From NCBI GenBank assembly GCA_051362555.1, contig CM120640.1:16864001-16928000 (forward strand): DNA of 64,000 nucleotides. The letters are read 5' to 3'. Under the pieces are notes generated by a model, which was not told where the DNA came from, searched no databases, and saw only the letters and a list, made by a program, of their open reading frames with translations. Position 1 is the first letter of the stretch. Every line of letters starts with the position of its first letter. Source of the stretch: Lingula anatina (Eukaryota; Animalia; Brachiopoda). The translations under genes and the position numbers were made by a program. Positions 48,362-60,468 of this stretch are shown here, piece by piece.

Positions 48362-49910
48362 CAGGGTTCCAGTTAGCGCAATTTTTGTGCATCCCTGACG
48401 CTGTTTTATCAAAATTGACCTCCAATTTTAATGTATTGTGCCCATTTGACACATTTATCTCAGTCCTCAGTGTAACATTATCTACTTGTTTTTTGTAAAG
48501 GTCAGTAAAGGTCAGAAAGTTCCATAAGTGACATTCTTTAAGTGACCAGTGTCACCTACAGCTTTCACATGATAAGGTCTGTCATTGATAGGGATGGTCT
48601 GGTGGCAGAGTACCCCATGTTCAAGCAACTTGTGCATGCATGTTCACAGACATATGAATTTAGCAAGTTTTTCTGAGCATGTGTTAACAATACCCTAGGT
48701 ACTAGATTCTGGTATTGCCAGCTCGATCTTGATTTCATATATAACCCATATCAGCAATACCAGGCTCTAGCGAACAGCGGCCATGTTAGCTTTCCGTCAA
48801 TCAAATAGAACTGCTCCGCAGTGAATCTGCAGTTGAATGTCATCAGACCAAAATGAAACGTAAAACAGATTTAATTCTGCTTTATTTAATTTTATTTGCT
48901 GTATTTAAGATATGTAAAGTGAGAAAAAAATAATATGTTTCAAAAAGAAAAAGGTATATCCATTGTTTTTGTATTTTTTGCTTATCAAAGAACATTTAGT
49001 CCTGAGATATACACGTGCACAATACACGTGCTTGCCATGTGCCAAGTTTGACGGCTACACTGGATGCCCGATACCACTATAAGGGCTGTGCAATGGCTAC
49101 ACCAAAATCAGTTTTTAAAGCAGAATATTGCTTGAATTGTGGCACTAACCTTCAACTGCAAGATATTTTCAATTCAAACTTCTAACTTCTAACTTGCTTC
49201 TTGTCTCGTCTGCACGAAATAACGTCAGCGCAAGGCGGGAAAGGCAGCTCCAGGCGGCTAAACCTGTGACGTACGAGACTTATGACTTCCAAATATGGAT
49301 CCAAGCGGACAAAGCTGTGACATGTCACTTCCAAATATGGAAGCACCCCAGGCAAAATTTTGAAGAAGAATGCCCTCAGATTGTTGGTGTTTGTCAGAGT
49401 TTAGTAAAAGCGACTCCATCACAAGGTTTATTTAACAAGCTAGCTTTTACGTTGCTCTGACACTCAGGGTAGTTAACAACAGATGAATACAAAGATTTGT
49501 ATCCTTTCTTTTGCAAGTTGGTTGTTTTTGCACTAGTTATCCCAATTAGTGTGCCTTGTGAAAGGGGATTTAGTTGTATGAACAGAATCCACACAAAATC
49601 GAAGAGCAAATTCAGTCCAGAGCATGTGGAGGGGTTATATGTTACTTTTCATAGAAGGGCCAAAACTGAAAGAGTTTAATTTTGGTGTTGCCCTTGCAAA
49701 ATTTTAAGCTGACAAAAACAGAAGGAAGTAAAAAATAAACTGATAATAAATAACATTTATGACTTTTGTTGTTTATACTGCTTCTAATATCTATTTCAAT
49801 GTTATTTCAAACTTAAAAATTCTTGACCCCTAAATTTCGAAAAATGACCCCGGTTTTGAAAAAGTGGTGGTCAAAATTACCCTTAAGTGCAAAATCTAGT
49901 GGAAACCTTG
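48362..49910 (+). mobile_element. Internally deleted hAT element with a transposase C-terminal (dimerisation domain) relic
   Basis: Ends CAGGGTTCCAGTTAG ... CTAGTGGAAACCTTG. Removing 48691-49471 gives SEHVLTTDEYKDLYPFFCKLVVFALVIPISVPCERGFSCMNRIHTK...IEGPKLKEFNF, a hAT ERxFS motif of ZNF862-like type. Only TATAG is repeated at the flanks. Confidence 0.8.
48691..49471. mobile_element. Family A element, copy 2 (uninterrupted)
   Basis: TACCCTAGGTACTAGA ... TCTGACACTCAGGGTA with exact 8-bp TSD GTTAACAA; excision restores the hAT reading frame. Confidence 0.88.
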
Positions 49911-50016
49911 TATAGACATGCCCTTTAGTGTACATATAGTGATCAAAGGGTTGAGTTTTGTGGACCAATCGACTTCCTTAATGAATCTAGAGGCAACACC
50001 ATCAAGTATTCTAAGG

Positions 50017-50193
50017 CAGGCCTGCAGTAGCTAGCAATTTTCAAAGGGGGGGGGGGTCTTTTCCTGAAAAGAGAACCTTTTACCATGAAACCTTTGTGTG
50101 TGTGTGTGTGTGTGTGTGTAGATCAAATTTTACCCAGGATGGACCTTTTCTGGGCAAAAAGAGCAGTTCGTTCAAACTCCCTGGCTACTGTCT
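50017..50193. mobile_element. hAT-like MITE (CAGGCC..TAGCCAG family), degenerate
   Basis: Aligns with 59218-59385 (gcaattttcaaagggg, tttaccatgaaacct, tttaccca, ccttttctgg); contains a (TG)n expansion. Confidence 0.7.
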
Positions 50194-50495
50194 TATTTAA
50201 TGACCTTAAGGGGCTAGCTAGTGCCTACGAACTCCTCAGGAACTTGTGCTGAATGCTTCTTATGACTTTTGTATAAACATTTTACTTCTTTAAAACATGT
50301 AGGTGGTAACAATTTGATTTCTACCTAATGGACCCCCTAAACAAACAAGTTGTCTAATGGGTCCTAGGTGTAGGTGACTTATTGTGGTTAAACTGCTATT
50401 ACGTAGTAGTCAGCTAAATGACCTTTTAACAGTCAATCTTAGCTGATCCCTTTGGGCCAAAACTTTTTATTATTTTATTTATTTATTTTTTGTTT

Positions 50496-50529
<34 letters not shown>

Positions 50530-53046
50530 AAAGGGGTCCAGGGCTAAATACAGAGTATTTAAGTTCTGATTGGAACTTGACTTATTAGATGTCTAGTTCA
50601 GACATTGATGCTTATATATTTTATTTTAAAGTGAATTGTACTAATGGTATTTGCCCCTCAATATTAAGAGATATATTGATATATTAAATTTGTTTTTGAA
50701 ATCTTAGGTTTTGTTGTAGGATATGTTAAACATGTTATAACCTCATTACAAGCGTGGCAGAAGAATAAAAATATCAATGATGGCATGCAATAAATGTGCT
50801 TGAAGCAATGGTGCATGAAGTCTCTTTAGGGGGTTTTTAGAGCATGTCACAATAGATGCTTTCATGGAAAAAATGGCATAAAGAAGTATCAATATAACCT
50901 GACAGCACATATGCAATACTTCCTTATTGTGTCCAAACTATAGAAGAGTCACCTTGATGTAGTGTCCACAAGACAGGTCAGATGTAATACCAGTACAAGC
51001 CTGGCAGGTCAGATGTTTTACTACTACAAGGCTGATAGGCATTGTTTTCAGGTAATAAGTATAAGGTAATGAGTTTTTTTGTTTGTGTCACAATACATTA
51101 GCTTCTGTTCTCATCAGTTATAAATGAAACAGTGTTTGGCCTAAATTCATGAAGCAGCCACAATAGGTTGCAACACCTGTATGTAACATTGCTATTCAAT
51201 GAAACAAGTGTAAATGTTAATAACTGTGATGTGCTATATTTCATTTTTTTTTTTTTTTTTTTTTTTTTTGTGTGTGTAAAACCAGTATACAAGGGATATG
51301 TATGAAAACTTTACATGTTAATTGTATTCTGCCCAGTAATTAATGTTTTAGCAATTGAAAATAATACTTTTGAGAGGCCAATTAAGCTACATTGCTACTT
51401 CATGTAACACAAATTTTTATTTGTCATGAAGGTCAAAAGGCCTGAAAACTGAAGAGCAGATTTTATCTTATCAGATATCTTGTCCTTGTTCACAATACTT
51501 ATTAACACCTTAATGCAGGGACACTATATGAGGTACATGTCCACATAGTGCTCCTGTATTCCTCCTTTGAGGGGTGTGTTGAACTTTGAGATTGTGATTG
51601 TTCGAAGATGAGATTGATAATTAATTTTATTCATTGGAGAAGAGGTCAGCTGATATAACATTTATAGAATATGCTTTAGACATATTGGACACAGTTTCCA
51701 ACAGTCTCAGTTTGTAATCTTGATATTTTAATATTCTAAAAGTGATAGTGTGATTTGTGAAGGTGCTTCCCTAAATCAAGGTAGGCCAGCCTTTTTATAA
51801 TGATTTATGATTGTTTTACTCTGTAATTGAACAAACTGTGTCTTTTAAACAATACTGGATTTTGTTGAGTATTTTTCAAGCCTAAGGCAATGTTAGGTCA
51901 TCTCTATACTGAAAACTGTCTGCATACTGGAGCCAGCTAACCGACTTGGCTTATTGATATTGGTGTCACATCAAGACAATGTTAAACATATCAGGTCATT
52001 GTGAGATGACACTATAAAACTGATACTATGCATGAAAGGAAAAAATATGGAACATGTGACAAAGTTTAATGGTGTTCACCTATAGCGTGGGATGGCACAT
52101 AGAACAATAATCCTTCAAGCAGACTTGAAACTCGACTTGTGACCTTTATTTTTCATATCAGAAAAAGATATGCAGCATAAAGGCACCCTAAATATATGGA
52201 TGTACTCCACATAGCTGCAAGCTTTAAACTCAGTAGTGGGTTAAGCTATCTCCAAGTCTAAAACTTGAGAAACGATAAGCAATCTCTGCAGTGCAAAGAA
52301 TATAAAATGAACAGTATGGTATGTTTGACCTGCACTAGACAAGGGCAAAGACCTGACACATTTATAGGTATATACATTGTACCACATGGCATCCATTTTT
52401 CTTTTCTTTTCTTTCCTTTCTTTCTTTTTCTTTTTTAGTAATTAATAGGCATTAAATAAAAACTAACATCAAAGCTGAGGAAAAAGGACACACAAGTGAA
52501 CATGCATTTGTAGGTTTAATTACAAATAAGGTAAGTTTTTTTGCTGTTTATGTTTATCACAGTTTTTTTTACTAGATATGTATATAACTATTATAGGCTT
52601 GTTGTATTATGATAGCATAGAACCAATTTTCTTTGGCCAATTATTACTTTCTTGGTATATAAATTGAAGAGAAACTTTTTTTAGTTTTAGTTTTAAAGAC
52701 ATGGGGACAAACCATTTTTAAATATGTAGCAAGTTGGTTTTCAAACTTTAACAATTCATGTTTGATAAATTGTTCAGACAGCTTGCCATATAGCAACTTG
52801 CATGTATTTAGTTTTGGTACTTGTCCACATTGAAAAAGAAATGAAAAAATTGTTTCTAATATTTTGTTTGCGCTGAGCAGTATTTATTAAATGTCACTTC
52901 AAATAGAATTTGTAATTGTATAAAAGGATACAAAAAATGTTCGTAGTGTTATAAAAAACTTACGGCTAAATATAAATATAAGATATATTTGTTTATATGA
53001 TGCATTTCAGTGCTTTAAAAACTTTGGAACTTGAGGTGAGCATGAA

Positions 53047-55439
53047 ATGGAAAAGATGACAATATTGCGTGCAGTTCTTCTGATAATAATCAGATTGGCA
53101 GTTCAGGTCTTCAATTTGGAAGCAAAAAATGGTAAGTGAATATGAAAATTGAATCATTATCAGCACAAATTTTTAGAATTGATGTACGAGCAGGAATAAT
53201 TAACCCAAAAGAAAATTACAGGTGAACATAAAAAAGGAATAACCTTTATTTTGTAATGTGTAAATAATGAACTCGTCAACTTTCTGAACTGTGGATGTAA
53301 CACTGCATTTACTGTAGCTTATAGATTGAAAAAAAGAAGCATGAAAACTATGAGGCCCCTTCGATAGTTTTTATCCAATTGGATTTTTTTCCATTCCATA
53401 TTTGGGAATACATGTAGAAATCATACTTTAATTGAGAAAGTGGTTATTTATGAGTCAGATAGTTAAAAAAATGGGAACTGTAACTAATGATAATAAGTAG
53501 CAAAAGACGAATGCACACACAGCAAAGAAACCACATAAAATATGTGTAATGCACTGATAGAATATCTAATTGACTACTGATATACATGTACCTGTGAATC
53601 AAAATTAAATTTCAATACAAATTGATTATCCTCTTTTATATTCATTTATATTATCTTATGATTTTTTTTTCTTTTTTTGCATTGACCCATATATGCTTCA
53701 TGTTTGCAGTTACTAACCAGCATGAAGCCTGTCTGACTGATCAGTGCTTAAGAGATAATATTTGTTTATTTAACTGTAATGGTAGGTCTGTATTAAGGTG
53801 TTGGGTGCTGATACAGCATGCTTTGCTTACCATTTTAAGATTGTGCAATATCAAGATATCGTCAAAGAGTAGCCTTTATTAAACAAATATTTTTCATTAC
53901 AATTGTAAATGCAATTTTATCAGATCGAAGCAGTTGGACTTTAACTTCCACATTCTGACAGTAAATTAATGTGCCTGTATACTATCAAGAAGTTAAGAAA
54001 ACAAGTTACTGCTGTCACAACTAAAATAAATTGTCCTGTATGTTGGTTATCTTACATATGGGTCCATTGTCTCCATATCAGCAGAAAGTTGTTGCTTGTT
54101 AGCCTACTTACCAATTTCTGAATTTTGTCTGGCTTTAGTTGTCATCTCTTCTTTCAAACTATCATTACATGTGTCTGGTCTCCTAATGTTGTATAAACTG
54201 ATGATAAATCAAATCAATATGGATGTGATCTGAAGTGCATGTTTTATATCACAAATTTGTCTGAATTTCTATGGTTCTTGTGTCTATGTTTGAAAAAGAA
54301 AATAATGTTAAACTGAAACTATCAATATTATGTCACAAACTGCATACTTTGGTGTAGTATTTCTTTTCATCTATTAATTTTTTATCAGGTGGAGGAATGC
54401 AGCTTTTTAGTGTTGGGGTAGAAAGTGCTTATATTTTTTACTATTCATTTATAAGCTTTATATTTATCTTTAAATGTTCTTCGAATCCCTAGCTGTAGTC
54501 ATAGGTTCCCTAGCTGGTTATACTCCCGTTCATTTAAAACAGAGCAATGTAATGGATGTTACTTGAAGTAGTGCAGTATGCATTCTGGTGCTGTAACACA
54601 TGTCACCTGCATTTGAGCAACTTAAACTTTTTCAGGCAGTAAATAAAATATTGTAAAAATAAATTAATTTATCTTGCATTTTGAAGACAAAAATATGGCA
54701 ACATTCTACTAAAACGTGCATTTTATCCAGGAATGCCCCTATTCAAACTGTATTGTTTATTCCAGTGTCCATATCTCCAATGGACCCAGTAGTGCTTGTT
54801 GGGTCCAACCTTACCATAACATGTGAACTTGCCCCGAGGATGATCCCAGGTTACAATGCCAGTGATGTGGGTCTGTGCTGTGACTGTGACATACCTGAGA
54901 AAAGACTGGTCATCAGGGCCAGGGATAGGAACCCCGCTGTGTCCATAGGGGACACACAGGTCAACTTTACTTTGTACAGCTTACCTGATATGTCTGAAGA
55001 TAAGGCTGGCAAAGTGTGTCTCTGTTTCCTTGGAATATCGCAGTCAAGTAGGACAACTATATTCACAGGGTGTGAGTAAAGTTCGGAATCTGGTTGAAAG
55101 GTTCCTGATTTCATTCTTTAAAAATTTTACATAGATATATGTAATATGTTTGAAGTAAACATGTAGCTAGAATATATTATGGCATAAACAACAACAACAA
55201 CAAAATTTCAAACATGCCTTGATGTGTATAATACGTACCCTTGCTAACCTGTCAAGAATAACATCAACAAAGACATTTTATGTATGGGTCTACCAGATCC
55301 TTTTAAATAAAAAGGGTTACTTTGGCAATGCAATTGAGTGTGTGCTAGAAGCTGCAACCAAAGACAAAACATTTTAAATCTGATGATAGAGCTAGGTACC
55401 TGTGTTCCTGCAGATGGCACCACCCCAACCATAAAACCT

Positions 55440-55529
<90 letters not shown>

Positions 55530-58500
55530 TGAACACACACACACGTGAACACACACACACACATACACACACCCACACACATGAACACACACACACACAC
55601 ACACACATTGGCATTATTGTATGCTTGGACATAATAATGAAAGGATGTGAAACGTGGAGCAAGATCAAAGGATAATCAGCTTAGTGGGAGCTCTTCATGA
55701 AACCATGTGCGTTCGGATCACGTGACCTCCCATACAGGTAGCGAGCATATCGTGATTGACGATGACTTTTTGCGTCATTTGGGCAGGTAGTTCGCGATAA
55801 TGTGAGGCAATCTTTTGGGTGGATGAGACAATAAACTTATAGAGATTAAGTATAAGTACAATTTGTTCTATCAATTTGGAAGCTATGTGAGACTTTGAGA
55901 TGTTTGTTCATGGAGGAATTCAAAATGCCCTATGTGGTAAAGGCAATCTTGTTTGTTGCCGTAAAATGAGCATTCAAAATTGTATAATTTTAGTGTAGTA
56001 TACTTGTTTTTAGCTATGATCAGATAGGAAAATATTTCTAGTGTCGAAAATTTCTCTCTGTGTGACAAATTAGCCTGAGATGCAGCAATAATGAAACCTT
56101 CAATCGTGTCTTGAATTAAAATGATGCAATTTCTCTCCGATTTCTTAGGCTCGCTGACATTTCTTTTAGGCTGGTATTTTTTGTGCACCTTTTAAATAAA
56201 GATGACATCAACACCCTCAATATCGGTTCTCGTTGCAATACGGCAAAACACATACATTTGTGACACACAAAAACGCACCCGGGGTGCTTTTAATATCCTT
56301 TTATCAAAGTTGACTTCAACACTACTATGAACTGTATATATATGTTCATTTAACCGGCTATTGTCTGCTCGAAATTGGGAATGTTAATTGATAATTTCTT
56401 TACTCTCAATATCAGCTCTCGTTGGAAAATGGCACCACATGAATCGGCCGATACTTTGCTTTTAAACCAGTTATATATCAGCTCTACATAGATCAATACA
56501 ATCTTGAAAACGATAACAAGTATAGACAAATGCCAGAACCCATTTTAATGGGGTAACTGGAAAAAGATACTAAAAACCCAAAACAAATTTCCACGTGTTG
56601 ACGTAAGCCTATGGGCTCTCAACTGCAAGATGGCGGCAATGCTGTACCATAGCAACCACTAGGGACTGCGAGAAATTGCGTTATCCATGCAATAGAACAA
56701 AAGAAATTCACTGAGGCACAGCGCGCGCTACCTTGATAATACTGTAAACAGTTCAGGTTCCTGTGGAGCTATCATAACAGCTTATCTGAGACAATAGGCG
56801 AATGTTTACCCAAACGCACATAGCTTCAAAGGAAGATGCCGCATTTCACGTCCTTTCGTTATTATGTCCAAGTTGTATGTGACATGCCCAACCAACCTCT
56901 CTCTCTCCTCCTCCCCCCCCCCCCCCATTTGAAATCTGGAATTTATTCAATTATAATGGTTATAATTCAACTGGATTAATAATAATATTTCAATAGCAAG
57001 CACAGCATATTTTTCATGGTTATTTATGATGTTATTGTCACAATAAAACTTTCATTGGGTACATGTATAATAATAATATTAAAAACACTATTTGGTTTTC
57101 AGACCCTCCTGACCCCCCTGTCAATTTTACCTGTATATCATATAACCAGCAAAGAATGGTATGTTCCTGGAGTTTACCCAGGCGAAATTATGGAGCTAAA
57201 AGCTCAGTGAACACTAGATTGTTATACAGCAAAGAGTGAGTATATGTCATGAAAACTGTAAAGTTCAGCAAACTTGAGAATTGAAAAAATTTCATTTTTA
57301 CAAATTTAAGCCAGTGCATGGTAGATATAGAGACTTTTAACAATAACCTTATATCAACAGATTTTATCATTCTGTTATTTATCCTCATATAGGAAAAACA
57401 GATATTTTTTTATATATAAATCAAATGACAAGACTTATTAAGCATGTGCATTTATTACTTGCGAATGTATACATTGTCTAGAGGGGACAGCCGCTTATAT
57501 CCCTGTCCCAAAAAACGTAACATCACCAGCCCAGATTCGTCCCCAGGTGGTGCATGTACCTGGACCATGTCATCCAGCAGAAAGGACATGTCAAGAGCCC
57601 ATGCTTATAAACTGACCCTAGTCACCAGTAGTGAATGTTTTGGAGACATTACTGAGACCATAGATTTGTATACTGATTACCATTTAGGTACTATTTTTAC
57701 TTCACCCACTATATGGCATATGACAACACTATGGGCACCCTTTTTCTTCTTTACCTTGACATGAAACTGCTTTTGTGATGCTTTGTGGGTCTTTGATAAC
57801 TTTTCTATGACTATTTTAATATGCATACTAACATGTTTTATATTCCAGATAGAGTATTAAGAACTTGAAACAGCTTTTTTGCTCACTCTTCTCAAATCTC
57901 ATAAAATTAACAAGTTTTTTATACCTCGATCTGACTTCTTATTCAAACTGATGTCTTTCCATTATATTTTCAGAGACTCCAATGTCAAATCCTGTTCTCT
58001 TGTTGAAAATGAAGTCAACTTCATTTGCAACTTCAATAGCTCTTTCAACACGCTTTTTAAATTTTATATGCGAATGCACAATCTCTTTGGAACTGTGTGG
58101 ACTAACCTTTCAGTATTTGCAGATTACCACATAGGTAGCTATGTTTTTAATTCTTGAGATAAAAGAGATGTAAAATTAATGTTGTTGAGATTGATGTATC
58201 AGTCCACTTAAATGCAATGCTATCGCTTTTAAAGGTGGAATTGTTAGTCATTCATATTTATATTATTAGTTAATGTCACATATATACTAGTATCCGTGTC
58301 CTGTAAATATAAATTCAAAGGTACAGATTTTCCTTTAAGCCTATAGTAATTAATTTAGTTTTTCAAAAAAAAAAATATAGTTAAACGTGACATTTTTGTC
58401 AGTATAAACACATCTTTATAGTTTTAGTCAATCAAAGTTTACTTAAAAATATACCCATTTTGACATGGAATAAGTTAACCCAACCTCCTGTATATGAGCA

Positions 58501-60436
58501 ACAAAATATATCATTCATTCATGAGACATAACTCCATGTATATGTACTAAAATTATACTTCACTTTCCTATACGTTTTCATCTTTAGAGAAACCCAATCC
58601 AGTGAGTGACATCAACACCTATATCATCAATAGCACAGCCCTGCAGGTAAATTGGAAACCCCCTAATGAGTTTCCAACAGGGTACCTGGACTGTCTAAGT
58701 CAGTCAGGGGTCACGACCTCTGACCCTTCAAGGTGCCACAACTGCCTGGGTGGAAATGGCGGGTTGCTGTATGAAGTCCAGTACAGCTCCATCATTTGGG
58801 GCGATGCTGGGGTAGGTGTAGACACCTTTTGCATACCCATAATGGTAGTGTTTAATCCTGTAAAATGTAGTCTCTTATTGGGATATCATGAAAGTTCAAA
58901 TTTAAAGACATTTGTTCTTTACTTGGAAAGAAGAGGAAAATGTAGCAGAATTTTGCATTTCATTTTGGAGATTGCCATGACTGTTCACTTAAACAAGTAC
59001 CATCTTGCTTTTAAACATGTAGGCAGTCTTACTTTGCAAACCCAATGTGAACCACATGGAAAATATATCTCTGATCATATCTGGACTGAGGCCCAATTCC
59101 GATTATTCCATCACAATAAGAGTGAGGCCAAATGGTGATGGGATAGAAGAGGCTGGCTACTGGAGTGACCAAGCTAGTGTCCAGTCTGAATTGACTTGGG
59201 AATCAGGTATCTATCACCAGGGTCATAGCCAGCAATTTCAAAAAGGGGGTTCTTTTTCAGAAAAAGTGGACATTTTACCATGAAACCTAGATAGAATTTA
59301 CCCAGAGAGAACCCTTTCTGGACAAAAAGGGGGAGTTCTTTCTACCCCCCCCCCCCCCCCCAAACCCCCAGTGGTCAAGGGCCTGTATAAAAGTAGGAGA
59401 TACTTTTTATTGCCTCGACCTATAATTTCAATTATGAATTTCATATTATAATACGAAGGCTATGAGCTGGAAATGAAAAGTATATAAATAAATGGAGAAG
59501 AATCATGTAATATTATGTTTTGAAGATGAAAAGTTTTAACCTTTAACGGGAAGCATTAAATATGTACTATATATTATGTTTCCCCTTTAGTTCCAACAGC
59601 TGCTCCAGAAATTGTTGGATTGGTGCAACTAAATGGTGGCAAAGCAGAACTGCTGTGGAAGGTAACTTTTTAGACTGTGTGGTTCTTCATTTGCACTGAA
59701 GGTGAAGACTAAGTCATAAATTTGGCTCAATGCAAAATTGAGTTGTATATAAAAAGTTGAAATGCAGGCAGATAGTAATTTAAGTCTGTTTAATCTTTAT
59801 ATCATTATATGTACCAAGTACAGAGTACTGACAGTAATGTCTACAAACCAGTAGGATAACCTCAACTGCCAAACTCTTCATTATTCCTGCATGGACTATA
59901 ACCACTATAGTTGTTTTATGTCTCCTCCATCTCAGTGTACCACAAACTTTTATGGTCTCATTCATAGCAAGAAAGAAGGCAACAAGGAGTATTGATTGTT
60001 TGTGATTTGGCCAAACAAGGCCGGTTTTATTATATAACCCCTCTGTCCTAATCGTTTTAACAATAATAACAATGTAGCAAATTGTTGCCTGTATTAAATG
60101 TTATGGCCTTAGGGATAAAAATTATATATCAGATATTCAATAAGACTCATCACCCTAAAAATTATGATGCGACGAGTCAGCAAAAGTTATTATTTATCAA
60201 CAATTTTGCACAAATTTCATTTGTGGGGTTGCAAAGAGGCCCCCACTATGTCGAATATTCAATAACACTGGTTAGCCTAAGCAGTGATTCAGTATAAGCT
60301 ACAGTATTGCATCCAATTCAGCTTGTCTGATTGCGAAGGCGAGGCCGATGCATTGCCTATTGCAGGATTCTCAATACAAATCTACATTAGTACCGGCATG
60401 ACAATGCTGTTAGCGGGTGACCTAACCCCTACTCCC

Positions 60437-60468
<32 letters not shown>

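Noticed and set aside
55244-55675. ORFs with RE, SL, HT and VC repeats
   Set aside because: Translation of (CT)n and (CA)n microsatellites.
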